Assembly: GCA_027019205.1 (NCBI GenBank)
Contig: JALUWZ010000141.1
Coordinates: forward strand, 1-39,851
Length of the DNA stretch: 39,851 nucleotides
Direction of reading: 5' to 3'
Source: Emcibacter sp.
GTDB lineage: Bacteria; Pseudomonadota; Alphaproteobacteria; Sphingomonadales; Emcibacteraceae
The position numbers were made by a program, and so were the translations under genes. The notes beneath the pieces were generated by a model. The model was given only the letters and a program-made list of their open reading frames with translations. It was not told where the DNA came from and searched no databases. This document shows, one piece after another, positions 26,258-34,479 of this stretch. Every line of letters starts with the position of its first letter. Within the stretch, counting starts at the first letter, position 1.

Positions 26258-26294
26258 ATGGCAGAATCTCCGGGAAAGGGCAGAGTTTGCCCGG
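26258..26294. promoter_or_regulatory. ftr-like (FlbD) dyads upstream of flgF
   Basis: Perfect GGGCA-gagtt-TGCCC at 26278-26292; weaker GGCA-gaatc-TCCG at 26260. Confidence 0.65.
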
Positions 26295-26364
26295 TAAAAT
26301 CTTCCGCTGATATTGCCTGCTACCCTCTTTCATTTCACCGGATCGCCTGCTATAGTGTATTTTA

Positions 26365-26411
26365 TTAACCATAATGGATGGGGAACAGGGTTCTTCCTAA
26401 CGAGTTGTTAA
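26365..26411 (+). promoter_or_regulatory. CtrA sites of the class II fliL-fliM promoter
   Basis: TTAACCAT half-site at 26365 and CTAA-N7-TTAA at 26397-26411. Confidence 0.6.
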
Positions 26412-26495
26412 TAATAAAGATTTACATTTTGTTCATGGAACGGCATTTTTGAGTCCCCGTATGACAGCAGACTGTGACCGGGGCGGGTTGGTATA

Positions 26496-27038
26496 ATGAG
26501 TGATGAAAATAATTCCGAAGCAGATGAAGATGATCTGGCAGAGGGTCTTGAACAGAAGAAAACCAGTGGCAAGAAGATAATTATCATTGCCGTGGTTGCG
26601 GTATTCATTCTGGCTCTGGGGGGCGGGGCGGCGTATTTCTTCCTGTCCGGCGGCGAGGATGAGCAAACGGCGGATGCGGAACATGGCACCCAGGAAGGGG
26701 AAGGGGAGGCCGGCGAGGAGAAAGCCGGAGAGCCGCTGTTTCTAGAACTGGCGCCGATGCTGGTGAATATTGACACGGCGGGGGGAAAGCCCAAATATCT
26801 CAAACTGACAGTTGCCCTTGAGGTGGATAAACAATCCTCTCTGGAAGAACTGAATAAGAAAATGCCCCTTATTATTGATCAGTTTCAAACCTATCTGCGC
26901 GAACTTCGGGTTGAAGATCTGAATGGATCGGCGGGAATGTTCCGGCTCAAGGAGGAATTGCTGATCAAAGTAAATGACGCCGTTTACCCGACCCGGGTGA
27001 ATGATGTTTTGTTTAAGGAAATGCTGGTTAACGGATAA
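26496..27038 (+). CDS. fliL: Flagellar basal body-associated protein FliL
   Basis: KKIIII..GGGAAYFF TM segment; LELAPMLVNI, LRELRVEDLNGSAGMFRLKEELL, VLFKEMLV. Confidence 0.95.
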   Translation: MSDENNSEADEDDLAEGLEQKKTSGKKIIIIAVVAVFILALGGGAAYFFLSGGEDEQTADAEHGTQEGEGEAGEEKAGEPLFLELAPMLVNIDTAGGKPKYLKLTVALEVDKQSSLEELNKKMPLIIDQFQTYLRELRVEDLNGSAGMFRLKEELLIKVNDAVYPTRVNDVLFKEMLVNG

Positions 27039-27046
27039 TCCGGATT

Positions 27047-28150
27047 ATGTCTGACGAAGAAGAAATTGATGATGACGCCGTTGCCGCCGAATGGGCAGCC
27101 ATGGCCGCTGAAGGCGGCGATGACGGGCAGGATGACGCCCTGATTGAGGGTGACGATGACATGGCGGCGGCCATGGGCGGCACTGACCGGGTGCTGGACC
27201 AGACGGAAATTGACAGCCTTCTGGGCTTTGACGGCGAAGACGAGGATACCGGGTCAAAATCCGGCATTCAGGCCCTGATCAGCAGTGGACTGGTGGCTTA
27301 CGAACGCCTGCCGATGCTCGATATTATTTTCGACCGTTATGTTCGGATGATGTCAACCTCTCTCAGAAATTTTACCTCGGATAATTTTGAAGTCTCGATT
27401 GATAATATGACCTCAATCAGATTCGGTGATTATCTCAATTCGATCCCGTTACCGGCAATGCTCGCGGTTTTTTACGTCAAGGAATGGGATAATTACGGCC
27501 TGATCACCATTGACAGTAACCTGATTTATTCAGTGGTTGACGCCCTGCTTGGCGGGCGGCGCGGCACGGCGCCGATGCGGATTGAGGGGCGGCCCTATAC
27601 CACAATCGAGCATACACTGGTTGAGGAAATGCTGACGGTGATGCTCAAAGACCTTTGCGAGGCGTTCGAGCCGTTAAGCCCGGTAGAATTCAAACTGGAC
27701 CGGCTGGAGACCAACCCGCGCTTTGCCAGCATCGCCCAGCCGACAAATGCCGCTCTGTTGATCCGGATGCGGGCCGATATGGAGGACCGTGGCGGGCGGA
27801 TGGAACTGGTGCTGCCTTATGCCACCATCGAACCAATTCGCGAATTGCTGCTTCAGCGTTTTATGGGGGAAAAATTTGGCCGCGATTCCATCTGGGAAGG
27901 TCATCTGGTGAAAGAGCTGTATAATACCGAAGTGCCGCTGGAAGTCATCCTGGATGAACATAACATGACGCTCGGGGAAGTATTGGGGCTGGAGGTCGGG
28001 CAGACAATGATGCTGGATACCCAGGCGGAAAGCGAGGTGGAGGTGCGTTGTTCAGGCATCCCCATGATGACAGGCCGGGTCGGCAAGCTCGGGCGGCATG
28101 TGGCGGTCAGGATCGAGAAAGTCCTGGACAAGAAGAAGGGGGCGCTCTGA
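27047..28150 (+). CDS. fliM: Flagellar motor switch protein FliM
   Basis: CheY-binding VLDQTEIDSLL, YERLPML, LLGG, RLETNPRFA, C-terminal SpoA domain. Confidence 0.97.
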   Translation: MSDEEEIDDDAVAAEWAAMAAEGGDDGQDDALIEGDDDMAAAMGGTDRVLDQTEIDSLLGFDGEDEDTGSKSGIQALISSGLVAYERLPMLDIIFDRYVRMMSTSLRNFTSDNFEVSIDNMTSIRFGDYLNSIPLPAMLAVFYVKEWDNYGLITIDSNLIYSVVDALLGGRRGTAPMRIEGRPYTTIEHTLVEEMLTVMLKDLCEAFEPLSPVEFKLDRLETNPRFASIAQPTNAALLIRMRADMEDRGGRMELVLPYATIEPIRELLLQRFMGEKFGRDSIWEGHLVKELYNTEVPLEVILDEHNMTLGEVLGLEVGQTMMLDTQAESEVEVRCSGIPMMTGRVGKLGRHVAVRIEKVLDKKKGAL

Positions 28151-28151
28151 G

Positions 28152-28556
28152 ATGACGCTGGCTCTGGATATTGTCATTATCATTCTGGTCGCTGTGATGA
28201 TCATCTATTCTGTGATGCTGAATATCAAGCTCAAGGCCTTCCGCAACAGCCACAGTGAAATGGCGGGCCTGATTGACCGGTTGAATGCCGCCATTATCAC
28301 GGCGCAGTCATCGGTGGAAAGCCTGAAGAAGACCGCCCTTTCAGAGGAATCCCGGCTCGAAAGCCTGATTGCCAAATCGCGGATGCTGGCGGATGAGCTG
28401 GAAATTATTACCGAAAGCGGCTCCAGTCTGGCTGACCGGATTGAGCGCGGCCTTGTGCCGCAACGGGCCGCTGAAACAGATGAAGACCCTGCGGAGGAAG
28501 AGCTGTCCGCCGAAGAAGATAGTGAAATGCTGGAAACTCTGAAAAAGGTTAGGTAA
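28152..28556 (+). CDS. Bitopic coiled-coil membrane protein (DUF6468 / PflI-like)
   Basis: N-terminal TM (LDIVIIILVAVMIIYSVML), coiled coil, GSSLADRIE; occupies the pflI position after fliM. Confidence 0.6.
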   Translation: MTLALDIVIIILVAVMIIYSVMLNIKLKAFRNSHSEMAGLIDRLNAAIITAQSSVESLKKTALSEESRLESLIAKSRMLADELEIITESGSSLADRIERGLVPQRAAETDEDPAEEELSAEEDSEMLETLKKVR

Positions 28557-28560
28557 GACC

Positions 28561-29187
28561 ATGACAAAGAAAATTCGTTTACTGCCCCTGACCATCATCA
28601 TTATGTCAATGATTCTCGGGGTCAGGATTGTCGATTTTTCCGTTGGGGTGGAAGAGGCTTTTGCCCGGAACAGCGCCCCGGAGACGGAGAGCAAAGCCGA
28701 AAAACCGCAGGAGGGTGACAAGGAAGCCGCCCCCGCCGGTGAAGAGGCTCCCCGGCAATTAAGCAGCGCGCCGACCCGCAAGGAAATTGAATATTTGCAG
28801 AAACTTTCAGAGCGCCGCGAGGAACTCGACCGGCGTGCAAGGGAACTTGATGACCGGGAAACTTTGCTCAGGGCGGTGGAACTGCGTATCACGGAACGGA
28901 CCAACTCCCTGAAAAAAATTGAACAAACCATTAATGCCGCCCTGAAAAAGCATGAAGCAATTGAAAAGGCCCAGCTCGACAGTCTGGTTAAAATCTATTC
29001 GGCAATGAAACCCAAGGATGCCGCCAAGATTTTCAATGATCTTGATGATGATGTATTGATCTCGATTGTTGAAAATATGAAGGAAAAAAAGATGGGGGCC
29101 ATTCTGGCTAAAATGAATCTCGACAAGGCCAAGAAACTGACGGTCAGTCTCGCCACCAGAATGAAATTACCAAAAATAGAGGGCTGA
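28561..29187 (+). CDS. motE: MotE-family flagellar motility protein
   Basis: RLLP + TM, coiled coil, LVKIYSAMKPKDAAKIF...MGAILAKM..DKAKKLT. Confidence 0.82.
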   Translation: MTKKIRLLPLTIIIMSMILGVRIVDFSVGVEEAFARNSAPETESKAEKPQEGDKEAAPAGEEAPRQLSSAPTRKEIEYLQKLSERREELDRRARELDDRETLLRAVELRITERTNSLKKIEQTINAALKKHEAIEKAQLDSLVKIYSAMKPKDAAKIFNDLDDDVLISIVENMKEKKMGAILAKMNLDKAKKLTVSLATRMKLPKIEG

Positions 29188-29241
29188 CACGCTGCCGTCT
29201 CCGCAAGATATTTCCCGCCGGGGTCATATTTCCTGCCGGGG

Positions 29242-29283
29242 GCTGGCAGGATTTACCAGCTATTAACTCTATGAAGCTATACT
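29242..29283 (+). promoter_or_regulatory. Internal cheZ promoter: CtrA box overlapped by an ftr-like dyad
   Basis: TTTA-ccagcta-TTAAC at 29252-29267, -10-like GCTATACT at 29276, dyad GCTGGCA-ggatt-TACCAGC at 29242-29260. Confidence 0.5.
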
Positions 29284-29328
29284 GCTTTTCAAAAGATACG
29301 GGCTATGTAAAAATAATGTGAGGCAAAG

Positions 29329-29964
29329 ATGCATTTAAACAAGGTTTCACTGGAAGACAGAATAGAAAATATTCGCCAGAAGATGGGTAACACGCTGGAA
29401 GTTTCAGAAGTATGTACCGTCATTGGTGAGGTCATGGGCACATTCGAGGGTGATTTTGATCTGCAGGAGGTCCATTTTCAGGAAGAACTGCGTGATCTGT
29501 TAAAACATATCGAACAGACCAAGGCCGACCTTGTGGATATTCAGCCAAAACATCTGAGTGAAAACAAGATACCCGAGGCCAGCGACCAACTGGATCATGT
29601 GGTGCTTGCAACAGAAGAGGCTGCCTCCAAAATCATGGATTCTGCCGAGGAAATATCGGAACTGGCCGCGACCGTGGGGGGGGAGACCGGCGAGAGGCTT
29701 ATGGTCATTTCAACCCATATTTTCGAGGCGTCAAGTTTTCAGGATATTACCGGACAGCGGGTGACCAAGGTGGTCAATACCCTGAAATATCTCGAAGAAA
29801 AGCTGGCAAATCTTGCCAGAGCCATAGGGGATACAGATTCCCACATCAAGGCCGAAGAGGACCATGCCCCTGATGAGGATGCGTCCCTGCTTGCAGGCCC
29901 GCAATGTCAGGTAACGGCGAATGATCAGGATGCCATAGACGCTTTATTTGACAGCTTTGATTGA
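29329..29964 (+). CDS. cheZ: Alphaproteobacterial CheY-P phosphatase CheZ
   Basis: LDHVVLATEEAASKIMD, catalytic FQDITGQRVTKV (DxxxQ), C-terminal QDAIDALF. Confidence 0.9.
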   Translation: MHLNKVSLEDRIENIRQKMGNTLEVSEVCTVIGEVMGTFEGDFDLQEVHFQEELRDLLKHIEQTKADLVDIQPKHLSENKIPEASDQLDHVVLATEEAASKIMDSAEEISELAATVGGETGERLMVISTHIFEASSFQDITGQRVTKVVNTLKYLEEKLANLARAIGDTDSHIKAEEDHAPDEDASLLAGPQCQVTANDQDAIDALFDSFD

Positions 29965-30039
29965 TTGTCCCGTAACTTTTATATAGGCTCGGGAGATTAT
30001 GGTTAATATCGGCAGAAACCCGGGAAAACGTCTGAGAAG

Positions 30040-30834
30040 ATGAGCAATATTTTTGACAGTACAGGATTATCCGATCCTGCGGATTCCGGGAAATCCTCCA
30101 ACAGCAATGACACGACCGGTCTTTTTGTCTCGCTCTATCTGATTGTGCTGGCGTTTTTTGTCGTGATGAATTCAATTTCAAATCAGGATCAGAACAAGGT
30201 CAATGCCGCCACGGAAAGTGTGACCCGGGCGTTCAAAAACCCTTATGAGCCGGAGGCCGATTTTGTTGATGTTTCGGCAAATGATGATGCCATAACACCC
30301 AATGATGAATTTTATGAACAGATTCGCGGTGTTTTTGCCTCGCTGGTCGGCTTTGAGGGCAAATTTCCAACCAGGGGCGGCAATATTCTGAAAGTCACCG
30401 TGAACTCTGCCGACCTGTTCGAGGACGGGACCAGTGTCTTTCGGCCTGACCAGCAGAAGTTTCTGGATCAACTGGCCAGTTTTCTGGCCGACGCTGACGC
30501 GCAGGAAAAACGGGAAATCAATATTGTTATCTCGTCCGGAAAAACATTGCCCAAAGGTCCTGAATACTGGAAAAATCTCAGTATTCTCCGGGCGGGAGCC
30601 TTTGTGAAGCTCCTCAGGAAAAGCGGGGTCGCCGGAAACCAGCTGTCCATCGGGATTGCCGCGCGGCAGGAAGACCGCCTGACCCTGACCTTCTATACCC
30701 GTGAACTTTCGGAGTCCATTCAAAGTCTGAAGGGGCATGATACCAGAAAATTGCCGGCAAATTCAGGACAGGAAATAAAAATACCCGATAATATTCAGCA
30801 GGCCCCGGAAAATCATGACAGGGGAAGCTTATGA
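30040..30834 (+). CDS. Degenerate MotB-like protein (no conserved TM Asp, eroded OmpA-like domain)
   Basis: TM LFVSLYLIVLAFFVVMNSIS aligns with the MotB TM/plug; LFEDG...LSILRA...G remnants of the OmpA fold. Confidence 0.7.
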   Translation: MSNIFDSTGLSDPADSGKSSNSNDTTGLFVSLYLIVLAFFVVMNSISNQDQNKVNAATESVTRAFKNPYEPEADFVDVSANDDAITPNDEFYEQIRGVFASLVGFEGKFPTRGGNILKVTVNSADLFEDGTSVFRPDQQKFLDQLASFLADADAQEKREINIVISSGKTLPKGPEYWKNLSILRAGAFVKLLRKSGVAGNQLSIGIAARQEDRLTLTFYTRELSESIQSLKGHDTRKLPANSGQEIKIPDNIQQAPENHDRGSL

Positions 30835-31565
30835 TAGCGCAGCAGAAGGAGCCACCACAACAAAAGGCCGGTGAAGAAAGCTGGTTGATCATTTTTGCCG
30901 ACCTCCTGTCGCTGTTGCTGACATTCTTTGTCCTGATGTTCTCGATGAGTTCGGTTCAGGTCTCCCAATGGGAAGCGGCAGTCAAATCCCTGAGTGAAAA
31001 TCTGAACCGGAGCCAGGCGCAGATACAACAGGAAGACTGGCATAATATTGAAGCGGCCCTGGTTCCGGAAAAGGAGGCCCTCAGCCTGCCTTATCTGAAA
31101 AGAATATTGGAGGACAAGCTGCAATATGATCCTATTCTGCGGCGCAGCAGTGTCAGGCTGCTGGATGACCGGCTGGCGATTACCCTGCCCGCAGACCTGA
31201 TTTTTGAAAAAGGCCAGTCGGAATTTTCGCGGGATGCCTATAAATCCATGCGGGAACTCGGGGCCTCCCTTCAGTCGATTGAAAATAAAATTACCGTCGT
31301 TGGTCACACGGACCCGGAGCCGACAAGCGGCAGATTTTATCCGACCAACTGGGAATTATCACTGGTCCGGGCCTTGTCGGTTGCCCGGCTGATCAAACAG
31401 GCCGGTTATACCCGTCATATTGAGATATTCGGCGATGGCCCGTCACGTTTTGATGAACTTGACAAGAGCATTCCCCTGAATGAACGCTATATTCTGGCCC
31501 GGCGTGTCGATATACTGATCTATCGTGAAGACAGTGATCAGACAAGAACGGGATCGGGACAATGA
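30831..31565 (+). CDS. motB: Flagellar stator protein MotB
   Basis: WLIIFADLLSLLLTFFVLMFSMS (conserved Asp); VVGHTD, NWELSLVRA, RRVDI. Confidence 0.9.
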   Translation: MIAQQKEPPQQKAGEESWLIIFADLLSLLLTFFVLMFSMSSVQVSQWEAAVKSLSENLNRSQAQIQQEDWHNIEAALVPEKEALSLPYLKRILEDKLQYDPILRRSSVRLLDDRLAITLPADLIFEKGQSEFSRDAYKSMRELGASLQSIENKITVVGHTDPEPTSGRFYPTNWELSLVRALSVARLIKQAGYTRHIEIFGDGPSRFDELDKSIPLNERYILARRVDILIYREDSDQTRTGSGQ

Positions 31566-31566
31566 T

Positions 31567-34479
31567 ATGACCAGTCGTGGCAAAAAACCGGGCCGTCATC
31601 CTGTGAGGGCAGCATGGGCTGTTCTCTGGATATTTCTCCTGATATTGCAAATTCCGCTGCCCGCCTTTGCCCGGCAGACGGTCGTGGTCCGTTCCGGCGA
31701 TCATCCAACCTTCAGCAGGCTGGTTTTTGACTGGCAGGAGCAGGTTTCCTACAAGGCGAGAATTGTCGGTGACAGGCTTGAAATTACCTTTGACAAGGCA
31801 AGTATCCCGCAATGGGGTAATCTTTCGCGCGAGCCAATGGCCTATCTGGCGGACCCGGCCTACCGGATTGACGGCGACAGGCTTATTGTCAGTTTCAGGC
31901 TGGTAAAGCCGGGCCGGTTAAAGGAAGCCCGCTATGGCTCCAAAATTGCTTTTGATATTGTTGGAACCGGTGATATTGTTGGCACGGGGGAGGCCCCGGC
32001 GGTGAAATCCGCCCCTCTGGAAACGCCGGTGGCGGACCAGCCAGCTGAAACGGCGGCTGTGACCCGGAGCCAACTGGATAACAGCAGCGACCTGAAGCTC
32101 GGGGTTCGACGCACATGGGATAAGTTAAGCCTGGATTTCCCGTGGAAAGGCGAGGTGCCTGCGGCAGTCTTTATCCGCTATAACCATCTATGGGTTGTTT
32201 TTGACGGCAAGAAAAATATTGATCAAAGCGCCCTTGTATCTTTTTATGGCCAGCGGATTTTATCGGCGCAGCAGATTGACAACCCGTCCGCGACCATCCT
32301 GATGTATGAGGTGGTGCCGGGGCAGAATGTCATGGTTCACAAGGTTGGCTCTGAATGGTATGTTGACCTGAAGAACGGCCCGACCCCGCCCGCTATACCA
32401 ATTCAGAGCAGCTCCTTGCGGGTGACGGGAAAGAAGGGGGAAAGTTTCTTCTATTCGGTGGAAGATACCGGGCCGGTTATTCTGCTGAAAGACCCCGATA
32501 TTGGCGATGAAATCGCCGTCGTTCCGGTTATGACGCCCTCGCAGGGTGTCGCGCAGTCGCGGAAATTTGCCGAGTTTCACTCTCTGGCCACCGCACAGGG
32601 TATCGCAGTTGCCCTGATTGCGGATGATGTCAAACTGGATAAATATAACGAAGGAATCAGTGTTTCGGCCTCGAATGGTCTGGCCCTTACCCGCAACCGT
32701 TTTTCAAAAACCGTCGGATTGTCGGCGGCTTCCGGGCAGGAAATGGCAGACGGCGGGAAACTTGTGGATTTCACCCGCTGGGCACGGGGGCCGCTTGATA
32801 CAGGTGACTATTATGCCAACAAGCATGAATTGCTGTACCGGCTGTCCAATTCGACCGACGCCAACCGGGATGCCGCCCGGTGGAAGCTTGCCAGATTCTA
32901 TCTGGCCAATGGGCGGGAAAGGGAAGCTTACGGCGTCCTGAAGGTGATGCAGGAGGGCGAGCCGGGATTGGTAAACAGTCCTGAATTCCGCATGGTTCTG
33001 GCCATTGACAATATTCTGATGCGACGGTTTGAGGAAGGGGTCAAGCTGCTGCATTTCAAGAGTTTCCCGGCGGAAAAGGATGTTTTTTTATGGCGGTCTG
33101 TGGCCAATGACGCGCTGGGTAATTACGCCCGCGCCTTTGCGGATTATAAAAAGGGATCGGCTATTCTGTCCTCTTATGAACCGGACAGGCAGAAGTATTT
33201 TCTGTTTGCGGCCACCCATGCCGCTTATGAAATGGCCGACAGGGACTTTGTCGAATTCAGCCTGTCCCTGCTGGAAGACCTGCCCCTGACGGCGGCGGAA
33301 ATGACCGAGGTGGAATATTGGCGTGCCGTGCTTGAGCGCGATAATGGTGACGTGAAAAAGGCCCGAGAATCGCTTGAAAGCATCGTCAAGGCAGGGGTCA
33401 GGCAAACAGCCGCCCGGGCAAAGTTTGATCTGATCAATATGAATTTGAAGGATAAAAAAATAACAATACCGGAGGCAATTGACCAGTTTGAGAAACTGCG
33501 CTTTGCCTGGCGCGGCGATGATTTCGAGCTGGAGTTACTCTCCCGGCTCGGTGATCTTTATGTTCAGGAAAAAGAATATAATACCGGGCTGCAGACCCTG
33601 AAACTTGCGGTGACCTTCTTCAGGGATTCAAAAAAGACCGCTGAACTGACCCGGCAGATGAGCCGGATATATAGTGATCTGTTCCTGAAAGGCGGGGCAG
33701 ATGACCTGGACCCGGTCAAGGCCGTGGCGTTATATTCTCAATTCCGGGAACTTATTCCGCTCGGCAAGGACGGGGATAATATGACCCGGCGGCTGGCGGA
33801 CCGGCTGGTCTCTCTTGACCTGCTGGACGAGGCGGCGGCGCTGTTGAAACATCAGGTTAAATTCCGTCTCAAGGGCGGGGCGCAGTCGGTGGTTGCCAGC
33901 CGCCTTGCGATGATCTATCTGCTGGATTCAAAGCCGGAGAAAGCCCTGAAAATACTGCGGGCCACCCGGGATTCACAAATTCCGGATGACGTTCAGGACC
34001 GCCGCCGGATGATTGAGGCCCGGGCCTTGATCGAACTTGGCCGCTATGAGGAGGCAGAGGTTCTGATTGAAGAATACAAGACGCCCGAAGCCGAGGATAT
34101 GCGCTCCGACATATACTGGAAATCAAAAAACTGGGATAAATATATCAGCCATGAAACCCGGATGCTGGGACAGCGCTACAAGGATGATACGCCGTTGACG
34201 CCAAAGGAACGCCTGTCAGTGCTGCGTCTGTCTCTGGCTTATGTCATCAAACAGGACAAGCCGGGGGTAATTGCCCTGCGCGCTCATTACAAGAGCCATA
34301 TGGATAATGGAATATACGGCGATAGTTTTGATGTTATCACCGCCCCGAGGATGCGGACGGACCAGGACCCGCGCCGTCTGATCAAATCCATCGCCAGCGT
34401 GGCCCAGCTGAAGACATTCATGCAGTCCTACAAGGCCGAATTCGAGAAAGGGGCTGCCCCGAACCAGACTCAGCGATAA
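31567..34479 (+). CDS. Large secreted protein (~970 aa): N-terminal AMIN-like beta domains and C-terminal TPR-like helices
   Basis: Signal peptide ending PAFA; VRSGDHPTFSRLVFDW; helical repeats (ARWKLARFYLANG, WRGDDFELELLSRLGDLY, RRLADRLVSLDLL); ATG 2 nt after the motB stop. Confidence 0.75.
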   Translation: MTSRGKKPGRHPVRAAWAVLWIFLLILQIPLPAFARQTVVVRSGDHPTFSRLVFDWQEQVSYKARIVGDRLEITFDKASIPQWGNLSREPMAYLADPAYRIDGDRLIVSFRLVKPGRLKEARYGSKIAFDIVGTGDIVGTGEAPAVKSAPLETPVADQPAETAAVTRSQLDNSSDLKLGVRRTWDKLSLDFPWKGEVPAAVFIRYNHLWVVFDGKKNIDQSALVSFYGQRILSAQQIDNPSATILMYEVVPGQNVMVHKVGSEWYVDLKNGPTPPAIPIQSSSLRVTGKKGESFFYSVEDTGPVILLKDPDIGDEIAVVPVMTPSQGVAQSRKFAEFHSLATAQGIAVALIADDVKLDKYNEGISVSASNGLALTRNRFSKTVGLSAASGQEMADGGKLVDFTRWARGPLDTGDYYANKHELLYRLSNSTDANRDAARWKLARFYLANGREREAYGVLKVMQEGEPGLVNSPEFRMVLAIDNILMRRFEEGVKLLHFKSFPAEKDVFLWRSVANDALGNYARAFADYKKGSAILSSYEPDRQKYFLFAATHAAYEMADRDFVEFSLSLLEDLPLTAAEMTEVEYWRAVLERDNGDVKKARESLESIVKAGVRQTAARAKFDLINMNLKDKKITIPEAIDQFEKLRFAWRGDDFELELLSRLGDLYVQEKEYNTGLQTLKLAVTFFRDSKKTAELTRQMSRIYSDLFLKGGADDLDPVKAVALYSQFRELIPLGKDGDNMTRRLADRLVSLDLLDEAAALLKHQVKFRLKGGAQSVVASRLAMIYLLDSKPEKALKILRATRDSQIPDDVQDRRRMIEARALIELGRYEEAEVLIEEYKTPEAEDMRSDIYWKSKNWDKYISHETRMLGQRYKDDTPLTPKERLSVLRLSLAYVIKQDKPGVIALRAHYKSHMDNGIYGDSFDVITAPRMRTDQDPRRLIKSIASVAQLKTFMQSYKAEFEKGAAPNQTQR

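Noticed and set aside
27047-27190. Acidic N-terminal extension of FliM before the CheY-binding motif
   Set aside because: Similar extensions are usual in alphaproteobacterial FliM.
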